Below, piece by piece: positions 1-8,407 of a stretch of DNA of 41,497 bases (the stretch's first letter is position 1; each line of letters starts with the position of its first letter). Origin of the DNA: a virus; the UHGV virus genome UHGV-0033333; one strand, written 5' to 3'. The notes under the pieces are model-generated. The model ran no database searches. It was not told the origin of the DNA and saw nothing but the letters and a program-made list of their open reading frames with translations. The translations under genes were made by a program, and so were the position numbers.

Positions 1-86
1 TTATTGATTATCGCAGTTGCAATGGGAGAAATAATAGCAGCAATTGCGAGGACAGCAGTAACTGTAATTGTTAGATCAATTTTCAC
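1..86 (-). CDS. 5' part of a membrane-protein gene that runs off the window start and continues in frame into 41191..41497 (gene spans the circular junction)
   Basis: Reverse complement of 84-100 gives AAAGGAG-7nt-GTG. ORF is open from 86 down to position 1 with no stop (VKIDLTITVTAVLAIAAIISPIATAIIN...). Codon phase matches ORF 41191..41472 if base 41497 is joined to base 1. Confidence 0.4.
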   Translation of the reverse strand, partial: MKIDLTITVTAVLAIAAIISPIATAIIN

Positions 87-103
87 AAGAAAACTCCTTT
101 CAT

Positions 104-195
104 AGTACTCGGACATGGCAGTGTCCTGTAACAAAAGAATAGGAGCGGAGGAAAAGAAAGTCAATATTTTTGTCAAAACAGAAGGAGGCGAGTTG
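104..195. promoter_or_regulatory. Conserved bidirectional cassette copy A: minus-strand promoter (-35 TTGACT 164-159, 17-nt spacer, -10 TATTCT 141-136), GGACAtggcagTGTCC palindrome 111-126, plus + strand RBS GAAGGAGGCGAG
   Basis: About 95% identical to 40318-40415 and clearly related to 39600-39693 and 40796-40866. Read directly from sequence. Confidence 0.55.
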
Positions 196-306
196 ATGAA
201 AGACAGAATAATATTCTTTCTTGAAGATGCCGCTATCCCTATCATTAGCGGTATCATAGGAAGTTTTATAGGGATGGGGATAGCGATGTGGTTAGGAATA
301 TTGTGA
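196..306 (+). CDS. 36-aa hydrophobic peptide (MKDRIIFFLEDAAIPIISGIIGSFIGMGIAMWLGIL)
   Basis: ATG 196 lies 7 nt after GGAGGCGAG. The track's ATG 115 start has no RBS. One predicted TM helix. Confidence 0.35.
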   Translation: MKDRIIFFLEDAAIPIISGIIGSFIGMGIAMWLGIL

Positions 307-324
307 TCAAAGAGAGGTGAAAAA

Positions 325-540
325 ATGGTAGAAGCATATAAGCCGCTGTATACAGCAAAGCAGACAGCTCAGATTCTGTTGGTAAATGTAGCCACTGTAT
401 ACGAGCTGATGAACAAGGGGCAGCTTCCGTATCTGATTCTTGGAAAAGGAAATGGAAGTAGGAAGGTTCGTGGAAGTGATCTGGAAAAATTCATTGAAAG
501 TCAGAAACCGGCAGAACCGCAGGGAGGCACAGAAGCATGA
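325..540 (+). CDS. Excisionase/Xis-like HTH DNA-binding protein (MerR/HTH_17-type)
   Basis: 71 aa with motif TAKQTAQILLVNVATVYELMNKGQLPYLILG; RBS AGAGGTGAAAAA. Confidence 0.55.
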   Translation: MVEAYKPLYTAKQTAQILLVNVATVYELMNKGQLPYLILGKGNGSRKVRGSDLEKFIESQKPAEPQGGTEA

Positions 541-690
541 GAGATATAATTGATTCCATTCTGATCGGAGGCTGTGCAAGTTATCTTCCGTTCTGGATCT
601 GGGACAATGCGGGCGGTCAGATTGCCGGGGCACTGGCACTGATCGGAATAGTGTACATAGCAAGGAGGTGGAAAGCATGGACGAACTGAT
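538..690 (+). CDS. 50-aa small membrane protein, translationally coupled to xis (ATGA overlap)
   Basis: MRDIIDSILIGGCASYLPFWIWDNAGGQIAGALALIGIVYIARRWKAWTN. Not in track because under 60 aa. Confidence 0.3.
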
Positions 691-928
691 CAGACTGGAA
701 ATTGAGAACCGGGCACTCTGGAATGTGATCAACGAAGCCGGAAGGATCCTGGAAGACCCATGTACACATCATACGACAAAGGAAAAGAGGGCCAAAAATC
801 TTCTGAACAGGACAGGATACTACATAAACCGTTCCTGCAGGGAAGGGCAGGCATACGAATTCCAGAGCCAGAGATCAAAGAAGAGATTTCTTGAAGAAAT
901 AAAAACACTGACAGGAGCAGATAAATGA
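677..928 (+). CDS. Hypothetical early protein (83 aa)
   Basis: RBS GGAGGTGG precedes ATG 677 (MDELIRLEIENRALW...). Confidence 0.4.
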   Translation: MDELIRLEIENRALWNVINEAGRILEDPCTHHTTKEKRAKNLLNRTGYYINRSCREGQAYEFQSQRSKKRFLEEIKTLTGADK

Positions 929-1110
929 GACTGACAAGAAAGAATCCCAACGGATCCTACAGGATCCCCATGTGTACCCAGAAGACGATCCGCATGGAAT
1001 GGCAGCAGGAAGAATTAAATGTGTTTGGTGAAGTAGCCAACCTTTTGGGGGAATATGAAGATCTCGGGACACCGAAAGAATTAAGAGAACTTTTAAAACA
1101 AAAAAGGTGA
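925..1110 (+). CDS. Hypothetical early protein (61 aa)
   Basis: ATGA overlap with the previous ORF; basic C-terminus. Confidence 0.35.
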   Translation: MRLTRKNPNGSYRIPMCTQKTIRMEWQQEELNVFGEVANLLGEYEDLGTPKELRELLKQKR

Positions 1111-1296
1111 CCCGTGTACGGGAATACACGGGCCGGGTTGTGTCCTCACGACAATAATAATACATTATTATGATAGCATCTGGAGGGCATAGCGTCAAGA
1201 GATTACAGGAGAAATCCTGTAATTTCTTTTACCGAAAAACGGGGGAAAACCGCCGTATTAGGACTTGATTAAGATATTAAAGTTAGGACATACGCT
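1111..1296. repeat. Palindrome-rich intergenic region upstream of rep: putative replication origin (dso)
   Basis: CCCGTGTAcgggaaTACACGGG (1111-1132), ATAATAATacATTATTAT, TTACAGGAgaaaTCCTGTAA (~1204-1223) and CTTGATTAAGATA (1264-1276). Confidence 0.3.
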
Positions 1297-2064
1297 ATGG
1301 TAAACAGATTAGAATACAGCTTCCGGAAAAAAGAAATAATAGAGATTCGTGAGTACCATGATGGAAATTATGGAGCCCGTGGAAAAAAGAGGATAAAAAA
1401 GAAGAAGCCTACAGAAGAACAGATGCGTCTGGTGAATGCACAGAACAAAGCCATGAGGTGCAGACACAGGTTGTTGGAATACTTCACACCGGGGGATTGC
1501 TTCGGAACATGGACCTATGCCATGGGAAACCGTCCTCCTGATATGGCAGCAGCCCTGAACGATTTCCAGAAGGCTATCCGGAAGGTGAGGGCTGAATACA
1601 AGAAAAGAGGATATGAACTTTTCTGGATCCGGAATATCGAAAGAGGCACAAAGGGAGCCTGGCATATCCATTTTGTAGTGAATGAGATCGGTGATACGGC
1701 CAGCATCATGCAGAAAGCCTGGACAAAGGGAGGTACCTATTCCGTGGAGATCCGGAACGACCCGAAGATCTATGATGAGGATTTTACGAAACTGGCCGCC
1801 TACATGACGAAAGATGAGCATACCAGGGAGGAAAAGAAAGATGGAACCCTGGGAAAGCCCCGTCTGAAAGAGTCCAGTTACAACACAAGCCGGAACATGC
1901 CATTGAAAAAACCAAAAAAAGACATGCTGCTTCACTGGAAGAAGGAAGTAAAGCCAAGAAAAGGCTATTACATTTTATCTATCCATGAAGGCAGGAATCC
2001 TTTTACAGGGTACAAATACCGCCGTTATGTGATGGCGAGGATAAAAGTGAACAGGAGGATTTAA
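1297..2064 (+). CDS. HUH-motif rolling-circle replication initiator (Rep_1/pC194-like)
   Basis: WHIHFVV (HUH) and KLAAYMTKDEH (catalytic-Tyr motif similar to pC194 AKYSGKD); 255 aa with a basic C-terminus. Confidence 0.5.
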   Translation: MVNRLEYSFRKKEIIEIREYHDGNYGARGKKRIKKKKPTEEQMRLVNAQNKAMRCRHRLLEYFTPGDCFGTWTYAMGNRPPDMAAALNDFQKAIRKVRAEYKKRGYELFWIRNIERGTKGAWHIHFVVNEIGDTASIMQKAWTKGGTYSVEIRNDPKIYDEDFTKLAAYMTKDEHTREEKKDGTLGKPRLKESSYNTSRNMPLKKPKKDMLLHWKKEVKPRKGYYILSIHEGRNPFTGYKYRRYVMARIKVNRRI

Positions 2065-2463
2065 ATGAAACAGGTACATATATTCCTGATCACGTCAGCG
2101 AAATCACCGGGAAGGCAGAAAGAAGCCTGGTACCGGTACATACTGGTGTGTGACGGTAAGACTCTGGATCAGTGGGAATATGTAAAGGGTATTTCCGGAA
2201 ACCGGCTTATCATGGCATGCGCCATTGCGTCACTGAAAAGAATGACAAAACCGGCCATGATAACGATCCACACAGACAGTTATTACCTGACCAGCGGTCA
2301 TGGGAAACTGGCCAGATGGAAAGATGATGGGTGGAAGCGCCAGAACAAAAAAGAAGTGAAAAATGCAGACCTGTGGCAGCAGCTGGAAGCACTTATGAGA
2401 CCCCACGCAGTCCGCTTCAAAGTGGAGCCTATGGAAATGTATATGGAAAACCCGCCGCGCTGA
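2065..2463 (+). CDS. RNase H-like fold protein, probably catalytically inactive
   Basis: Aligns to E. coli RNase HI: MKQVHIF vs MLKQVEIF, and WKDDGWKRQNKKEVKNADLWQQL vs [23 protein letters not shown]. D10 and E48 are replaced and the H124/D134 tail is missing; only D70 (HTDS) is kept. Confidence 0.55.
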   Translation: MKQVHIFLITSAKSPGRQKEAWYRYILVCDGKTLDQWEYVKGISGNRLIMACAIASLKRMTKPAMITIHTDSYYLTSGHGKLARWKDDGWKRQNKKEVKNADLWQQLEALMRPHAVRFKVEPMEMYMENPPR

Positions 2464-2669
2464 AAGAAATCAACGTTTGTGGGACTTTCAACATGAAAAT
2501 GTGGATAAAAAGATGAAAGACACGTTCCCGCTGAAAGAAATCAAGCTTTTTGCCTGTGAAAAAGCAAAAACCGCAAACAAAATTTTGAATTTGTCCGCGA
2601 TTTTTGAAAAAAAATCCCGCGGCGCAGAAAGCTTTCACAGAAAAAACGTGTCCGCGAAGGGAGAAAATT
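2464..2669. repeat. Intergenic direct repeats (iteron-like)
   Basis: CTGAAAGAAATCAA occurs twice (2461, 2531). Several TCCGCG/CCGCG-containing repeats and an A-rich region. Confidence 0.3.
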
Positions 2670-3161
2670 ATGTTTGAAAAATTTGGAGAAATGAATTCGT
2701 GTGAAGAGATAAATGAACTGGCACAGAACCTGTTTAATGAAGGGGATCTGGACAGTGTACGTATCATGGCAAAAGAAAACGGGATTCCGAGAGATTTTGT
2801 GGAGATGTATCTGGAGGGAGTGATTCCAGAACTATGTGATCCTTTTACTGCGGCAACAGGAAAGCTGGATATGGAAAGCCGGGAGATGAAGCTGCAGGGC
2901 CTCATGTCAGACTGGGTAGAGTACATCAAAGGCATATGCATGGAATCAGACCTGATGGCACGCAAGGTCCGAATGAAGGGTAAGAGCCTGAAAGGCTGTA
3001 TGGCCGTGCTCTTAAAGTTTTCTTTTAATAACAGGGTGACTGTGGATAAGGAAATCGTCAAGGCGGCCGGGATCAGCAACGCAAAGGTCCAGTTTGGCAT
3101 TCCCGGGATGGCTGAGGCAAAAAAGATGATCAAAGAGTATTACCTGGGAGGCAGCAGATGA
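2670..3161 (+). CDS. PcfK-like protein (tentative)
   Basis: RBS GGGAGAAAATT precedes ATG 2670. 163 aa, immediately upstream of and coupled to a PcfJ-like gene. Confidence 0.35.
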   Translation: MFEKFGEMNSCEEINELAQNLFNEGDLDSVRIMAKENGIPRDFVEMYLEGVIPELCDPFTAATGKLDMESREMKLQGLMSDWVEYIKGICMESDLMARKVRMKGKSLKGCMAVLLKFSFNNRVTVDKEIVKAAGISNAKVQFGIPGMAEAKKMIKEYYLGGSR

Positions 3162-5275
3162 AGAAAAAAGAGATTGAAGGGATACCTTACCTGAAACTGA
3201 CTGCATTGAGCCAGAAGAAAGAAGCAAAGTATATCGGTGTGACTGCACTGAAAACAGTCGGCCATGAACAGCATTTTTTCCTGGAAGTATACCGGAATGA
3301 GGAAAACGCAAGGGATATCCCGGTGGTTCGCATTGTAACCACAAAGAAAGATTTTGGATCCTATTTTCCGGAAGAAGAAAAATGGACAAGACAGAAAATA
3401 CAGCCAGGCGGGGAATGTGAAAAACTGATCTGGTACAGCCGGGAAGATTCCGGGGGCTATTCTGGAATGCCAGAGAAAAATATCCTCCAGGGAGAAGAAG
3501 ACCTTGCACGGCTGAAAGCTTTTTATAAAGTTGCGCTCTGGAATGAAAAGCGGTGGTGGGAATATATCCTGAAACAGCAGGAAAACATTGTATGGACTGC
3601 CAGACGCAATGCAGAACAAAGAAAATATGAGCGCCGTCAGGAAGCACTTAATGAACGGATCCGGAATACAAAGAAACTACCGGAAAAAGCAATCCTGAAA
3701 AGGGCAGAAAAAACCAGCCTGGGGCGGACACACTATCTGTATTACAAAAAACACGGCAGCAGGGTACAGATTGCCTGCAGTAAATGCGGCGGGGTCATTG
3801 ATGCGAGATGGAGGCCGGGGGAATCATATGAAAGCCAGATCCAGAGCTGTATAGCCGAGCCGAAAGAAAGCCGGACAGGAACCTGCCCTATGTGTGGGAT
3901 ACAGGGAATCTATAAATGCCAGGGAAAAGTTAAAAGCAGCCATGGAAAAAGTATGTATATGTTCCTGGGACAGAAATACAAAGAAAAAGGAATGGTCGTT
4001 CGGTATCTGAAAATAGAAAAAGACTGGCATCTGGAACTGTGTCCTGGAGATAAAAGGCAGGAGATGCATGGCGCTTATGAAGAACTGTCTGGAGTTGAAA
4101 TTGCAAGGGTATATTTTGAACCGGGAAAAGAAATCCAGAAAGATTACCACAAGCGCAGCTGGTGTTCCGGGGAAGACTTCTGGGATGACTGCAACCTGTA
4201 TGGAACAGCCAATATTACGATCAATGCAGCACCGGTTATGGAAGAAACCTTTGAAGAGATAAAAGGAACCATCTTCCAGTACAGTGCGTTAAAAGAATAT
4301 GCGGCAGCAGTTGAAAATATAGACCTGGTTGAATATTTGAAAAAATATCAGAAAATGCCACAGATTGAATTTCTTGCAAAGGCTGGAATGACCGGAGTTA
4401 TACAGGAACTGCTTAATAACAATGAGAGTATTATCAAAAATAAAAATGCAAAAAACATAGATGGATTCCTGGGGATCAGGAGGGAAAGAGTGAAATACCT
4501 GGCTTCCAGAAATGGAAATCTGGATCTTTTAAAAGCAATGCAGGCAGAAAGAACACTGCAGAAAACGTGGACGGAGGAACAGCTGGAACAGCTGGCCGAA
4601 GCACACATGGACAAAAACAGGATCGGAATAGCAGCCAGGTATATGGGAATCCAGAAACTATTGAACCGGATCAAAAAGTATGCAGGCTGTGAATACGGTA
4701 CAGGCTGTAAAGCAGCAGGAGAGCGGATAAGACAGACAGCGATCACTTACACAGATTACCTGGGAATGAGGCTTTCCCTTGGTTACGATCTTAATAACAC
4801 GGTATACCAGTACCCTCGAGACCTTCAGGCAGAACATGACAGAATGATCTATGAAATGAACAAAGAAAAAATGGATAGACGTTTTGAAGAGGTAAAAAGG
4901 GCATATCCGGATATCAGGAAGAATTACCGTGATCTCCGGGAACGGTATTTTTATGAAGATGATATCTATCTGATCCGTCCGGCCAGATCCGCAGAGGAGA
5001 TCGTGGCAGAGGGAAGGATACTCCATCACTGTGTCGGAAGGGACTGTTATCTGAAAAAACATAATGATGGGAACAGTTTTATCCTGATGCTGCGGTTTAA
5101 AGATAGAGCAGAAACCCCGTACATTACTGTGGAGATTGACGGCTCAAAGCCACATATCATGCAGTGGTATGGATCACATGACAGAAAACCTGATGCAAAA
5201 AACATTCGGAAATGGCTGGACCAGTATATAGCCAGATTAAAGAAGAAACGGTCACTGCTGGCAAAAACTGCCTGA
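3158..5275 (+). CDS. PcfJ-like protein (705 aa) with zinc-ribbon cysteines
   Basis: C-terminal ILHHCVGRDCYLKKH...ITVEIDG motif; CxxC...CPMC cluster in the middle. The PcfK/PcfJ pairing recurs in Firmicutes plasmids and phages. Confidence 0.45.
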   Translation: MKKKEIEGIPYLKLTALSQKKEAKYIGVTALKTVGHEQHFFLEVYRNEENARDIPVVRIVTTKKDFGSYFPEEEKWTRQKIQPGGECEKLIWYSREDSGGYSGMPEKNILQGEEDLARLKAFYKVALWNEKRWWEYILKQQENIVWTARRNAEQRKYERRQEALNERIRNTKKLPEKAILKRAEKTSLGRTHYLYYKKHGSRVQIACSKCGGVIDARWRPGESYESQIQSCIAEPKESRTGTCPMCGIQGIYKCQGKVKSSHGKSMYMFLGQKYKEKGMVVRYLKIEKDWHLELCPGDKRQEMHGAYEELSGVEIARVYFEPGKEIQKDYHKRSWCSGEDFWDDCNLYGTANITINAAPVMEETFEEIKGTIFQYSALKEYAAAVENIDLVEYLKKYQKMPQIEFLAKAGMTGVIQELLNNNESIIKNKNAKNIDGFLGIRRERVKYLASRNGNLDLLKAMQAERTLQKTWTEEQLEQLAEAHMDKNRIGIAARYMGIQKLLNRIKKYAGCEYGTGCKAAGERIRQTAITYTDYLGMRLSLGYDLNNTVYQYPRDLQAEHDRMIYEMNKEKMDRRFEEVKRAYPDIRKNYRDLRERYFYEDDIYLIRPARSAEEIVAEGRILHHCVGRDCYLKKHNDGNSFILMLRFKDRAETPYITVEIDGSKPHIMQWYGSHDRKPDAKNIRKWLDQYIARLKKKRSLLAKTA

Positions 5276-5293
5276 ACCTGAAAGGAGAACTAT

Positions 5294-6538
5294 ATGGAAT
5301 ACGTACAGTTGAGTTTAGAAGATTATATCCAGTGTAAAAATGATATAAAAAATAACCTTGGGACTATCGTAAAGAGTTTTGTCCGGATTGGCTGGCAGCT
5401 GAGCCGGATTGATAAATCAGGGGCATATAAAAATGATGGCTACAATACAGTCGCCGAGTTTGCCAAGGCAGAATATGGCATGAGTGCCACTGGGACAAGC
5501 CGGTTCATCCGGGTATATGAAAAATATTCAGCTCCCGGGGATACTCCCGAATTAAGGGCAGAATACAGAGATTATAACCGTTCCCAGCTGGAAGAGATGC
5601 TGCAGATCCCGGAAGAAGACCATGAGCTGATCCGGCCGGAAGCACACAAAGAAGACATCAGGGAACTGAAACGGTTCAATGCAGAGAATGAATCGAATCC
5701 GGATAACCTGCTGGACTGGAAGACCGCCAAGACCACAGAAGAAAAGATCCAGGCTGTAGTATTTGAGTTCTGGCATGATAACAGGGAAATTCTGAATGTA
5801 CTTTATGGGGAAGAACATACACTGAAAGATATCGCAGAGATGATTTCCCCGTCTGGCAGCAGGAGTTACCGGAAGGGAACGGTATTCCTGATGTTTTATA
5901 GCCTGGAGGCAGGGATACTGGTGAAAGTGTTTGGTTCAGAACCGGAAAAAATGACATATCAGGAACTGGTTGAACGGACGAAGCAGATGTTTGATAAAAA
6001 GGCAGCAGGGAAACACACATGGGAGAATTATTTTTCTGAACAGGAGGAAGAAACACAGAACCATAGCGGTGAGGATACCGTGATGGAGACTGAAACAGAC
6101 AACCAGATACCGGGACAGGACAATATCCTGAACCACCCGGAATATATGCCGAAAACCGAAATTGCGCCGGCGCAAAAGACAGAGGAACAGAAATACAATG
6201 AGCAGCAGGCGAAGATTGACAGGAAAACAAGGGAAAAACTCCGGGAAAAGGAAGACCGGGAAAAAATGGAGCGCCTTCCTTCAGATGAACCTAAGAAAGT
6301 GAAACAGCTGAGAATGCCTTCGTCATATTACTATGATGTGCTGGAAGGAAGAATGCTTTTCTGGTTCTGCAAAAATGATAAATATCATACAGGAGACAGA
6401 ATGGATCTGATGGAATTTAAGGAAGGAAGACATACCGGACGGAGTATCCAGACAGAGATCACATACATATTTGATGATCACACCGGACTGGAGGACGGGT
6501 ACTGCATTCTGGGAATCAAAGTATTGGGTACTATCTAA
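5294..6538 (+). CDS. Hypothetical early protein (414 aa); N-terminal DUF3102-like/HTH-like region and acidic low-complexity middle
   Basis: RBS AAAGGAGAAC. N-terminus IGWQLSRID...TSRFIRVYEKY. Confidence 0.5.
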   Translation: MEYVQLSLEDYIQCKNDIKNNLGTIVKSFVRIGWQLSRIDKSGAYKNDGYNTVAEFAKAEYGMSATGTSRFIRVYEKYSAPGDTPELRAEYRDYNRSQLEEMLQIPEEDHELIRPEAHKEDIRELKRFNAENESNPDNLLDWKTAKTTEEKIQAVVFEFWHDNREILNVLYGEEHTLKDIAEMISPSGSRSYRKGTVFLMFYSLEAGILVKVFGSEPEKMTYQELVERTKQMFDKKAAGKHTWENYFSEQEEETQNHSGEDTVMETETDNQIPGQDNILNHPEYMPKTEIAPAQKTEEQKYNEQQAKIDRKTREKLREKEDREKMERLPSDEPKKVKQLRMPSSYYYDVLEGRMLFWFCKNDKYHTGDRMDLMEFKEGRHTGRSIQTEITYIFDDHTGLEDGYCILGIKVLGTI

Positions 6539-6594
6539 AATCCATATATACAACAAAGGGAGGTGCCTGTACACCTCCCGGAAAGGAGAAAAGC

Positions 6595-6948
6595 ATGTGT
6601 TTAATGTATCCCAAAGTACAGAAGAAAAAGAAGAAACGCATGAAACACCCCAAAAGTATCATACAGGAGAAAGACGGAAGATGTTACCTCTGCATGATGC
6701 TGGACGGGAATTACAGGAAACATCGGTTCATAGATGAACATCATATATTTGGAGGACCAAACAGGAAACATTCCGAGGAAAATGGCCTGAAAGTATATCT
6801 CTGTCCGGATCACCATACCATGGGATCGATGGCAGTACACCGATGTCCGGAAACCATGAATCTTTTACACAGAATCGGTCAGAGAGAGTATGAAAAAGAA
6901 CACTCAAGGCAGCAGTTTATAGAGATTTTTGGAAAGAACTATCTTTAG
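6595..6948 (+). CDS. HNH-like zinc-finger nuclease
   Basis: CYLC...EHHIFGGPNRKHSEENGLKVYLCPDHH (C-x2-C, HH, N, C-x2-HH pattern). Confidence 0.45.
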   Translation: MCLMYPKVQKKKKKRMKHPKSIIQEKDGRCYLCMMLDGNYRKHRFIDEHHIFGGPNRKHSEENGLKVYLCPDHHTMGSMAVHRCPETMNLLHRIGQREYEKEHSRQQFIEIFGKNYL

Positions 6949-6956
6949 GAGGGACG

Positions 6957-7112
6957 ATGGAAAACAAAACCTGTGCAACATGTATTGAGAACGATGATGG
7001 CCTGTGCGACCGCAAAGGGATCCTGATCCATGATGATGATACTTGTGAAAAACACAAAGAGAACTGGCGGGAAGTCATGCTGAGGCAGTTTAACAGAAGG
7101 ACGATGGGGTAA
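6957..7112 (+). CDS. 51-aa Cys-rich (CxxC...C...C) micro-protein
   Basis: RBS AGGAGGGACG precedes ATG 6957 (MENKTCATCIENDDGLCDRKGILIHDDDTCEKHKENW...). Confidence 0.3.
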   Translation: MENKTCATCIENDDGLCDRKGILIHDDDTCEKHKENWREVMLRQFNRRTMG

Positions 7113-7597
7113 TGATCAAAAGAGATGATATCACCAAGGAAGTGCTGGAAAGGTACCTGAACACGGATATGAGTCAGATGGATATAGCAGTTGCTCTGCA
7201 GGCGGCTCCGTCTACCATAGGGAGCTACATGAAAAAATACGGACTGACTAGGGAGAACAGAAGAAATAAAAAACAGAGTAATTACGATGAAGAGCGTATG
7301 AAGAAATATCTGGCTCAGGGAAGAACAAAAGAAGAAATCGCACAGCTGTTTGGAATAAGTGAAAGCACTGTGAACAGATGGGTAACCAGACATCATCTGG
7401 AAAGACCGGCTCAGAAACGGTCGAAACCAAAGAGATCACAGCCGGTTGAGGATAAAAGAAAGAAATGCTCAACCTGTATGTACAAAGAAGCATCAAAAAC
7501 AGCAGGAAACTGTGATTATCTGAGAAAAGTAGGACATAGCCGTGGCTGTCCTGTAATCGGCTGCACAGTATATAAACCTGCAGGGAGGAAGAAATAA
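7112..7597 (+). CDS. Transcriptional regulator with two HTH motifs and a C-terminal Cys cluster
   Basis: MSQMDIAVALQAAPSTIGSY and EEIAQLFGISESTVNRWV; C-terminus CSTCMY...CDYL...GCPVIGC. Confidence 0.45.
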   Translation: MIKRDDITKEVLERYLNTDMSQMDIAVALQAAPSTIGSYMKKYGLTRENRRNKKQSNYDEERMKKYLAQGRTKEEIAQLFGISESTVNRWVTRHHLERPAQKRSKPKRSQPVEDKRKKCSTCMYKEASKTAGNCDYLRKVGHSRGCPVIGCTVYKPAGRKK

Positions 7598-7598
7598 A

Positions 7599-7922
7599 AT
7601 GATTGAAGTATATGATATCAGAGATGCAGAAGATACAGAACCAAAGAAGTTGGATATAACACCGGAGCTGGCACTGGCAGCATATAACATACTGATCCAG
7701 TACTGCCGGCAGCAGGAGATTGAAGAAGGTTCCTGCAATGAATGTATTTTATGCAAGAACTGTCCGGGAATATCAGATCTGGTTCCTATGAACTGGGAAG
7801 AAATCCATTATCCCAGACTGACCGACAACACCATAGAGTACCTGAAAGACGGAAAGGTGCAGAAGATCACATACAATGAACACCAGGAGGCGGAGAAAGC
7901 GTTAAAGGAGATGAATACATGA
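7599..7922 (+). CDS. Hypothetical protein with CNECILCKNC motif
   Basis: RBS GGGAGGAAGAAATAAA; translationally coupled. Confidence 0.45.
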   Translation: MIEVYDIRDAEDTEPKKLDITPELALAAYNILIQYCRQQEIEEGSCNECILCKNCPGISDLVPMNWEEIHYPRLTDNTIEYLKDGKVQKITYNEHQEAEKALKEMNT

Positions 7923-8407
7923 CGAGACCTGAAATTACAACGGGATTATCATTAATGGTTGAAAAGAAAATCAACCCATATAACGATCCTCGCATATACT
8001 GGGCGAAAGAGGTTACGTTTGATTATTCTACAAATCATGCAGTTAGGGTGGATTACATGAAGTTTCTACCGGCGAACAATAGTGTTTCCGGGATAGAAAA
8101 AGGCGATTGCTATTGCTATGAGGTTAAATCCTCAGTTGAAGATTTTTACTCTGGTCATGGGTTGAACTTTATTGGCGATTATAACTACCTGGTTATGCCG
8201 ACAGATGTATATGCTGCGGTATCTCTTGAAATTCCGCATTATGTAGGAGTATATGTACCAGAAGCAAATAATCTTACATGTATTAAAAAAGCAAAGCGAA
8301 GAAATAGGACAAGACCTGTGTCCGAAATTCTTTTGATGATGTTCCGGTCTGCAAACAGAGATTATAGAAAAGCTACAAGAAAGTTAAAGGAGATGCAGGC
8401 ATGTTAG
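7919..8407 (+). CDS. PD-(D/E)XK nuclease-fold protein (MmcB-like), tentative
   Basis: D...EVK arrangement (VRVDYMKF...CYCYEVKSS). Confidence 0.35.
   Translation: MTRPEITTGLSLMVEKKINPYNDPRIYWAKEVTFDYSTNHAVRVDYMKFLPANNSVSGIEKGDCYCYEVKSSVEDFYSGHGLNFIGDYNYLVMPTDVYAAVSLEIPHYVGVYVPEANNLTCIKKAKRRNRTRPVSEILLMMFRSANRDYRKATRKLKEMQAC

Noticed and set aside
115-306. Track start at ATG 115 for the first ORF (63 aa)
   Set aside because: ATG 115 sits inside the conserved cassette hairpin with no RBS. The conserved GAAGGAGGCGAG RBS positions the start at ATG 196, as in cassettes B and C.
307-732. 141-aa minus-strand ORF overlapping the excisionase-like gene and neighbours
   Set aside because: It overlaps three + strand genes that have good RBSs and recognizable HTH content, and it has no RBS. 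Judged spurious.
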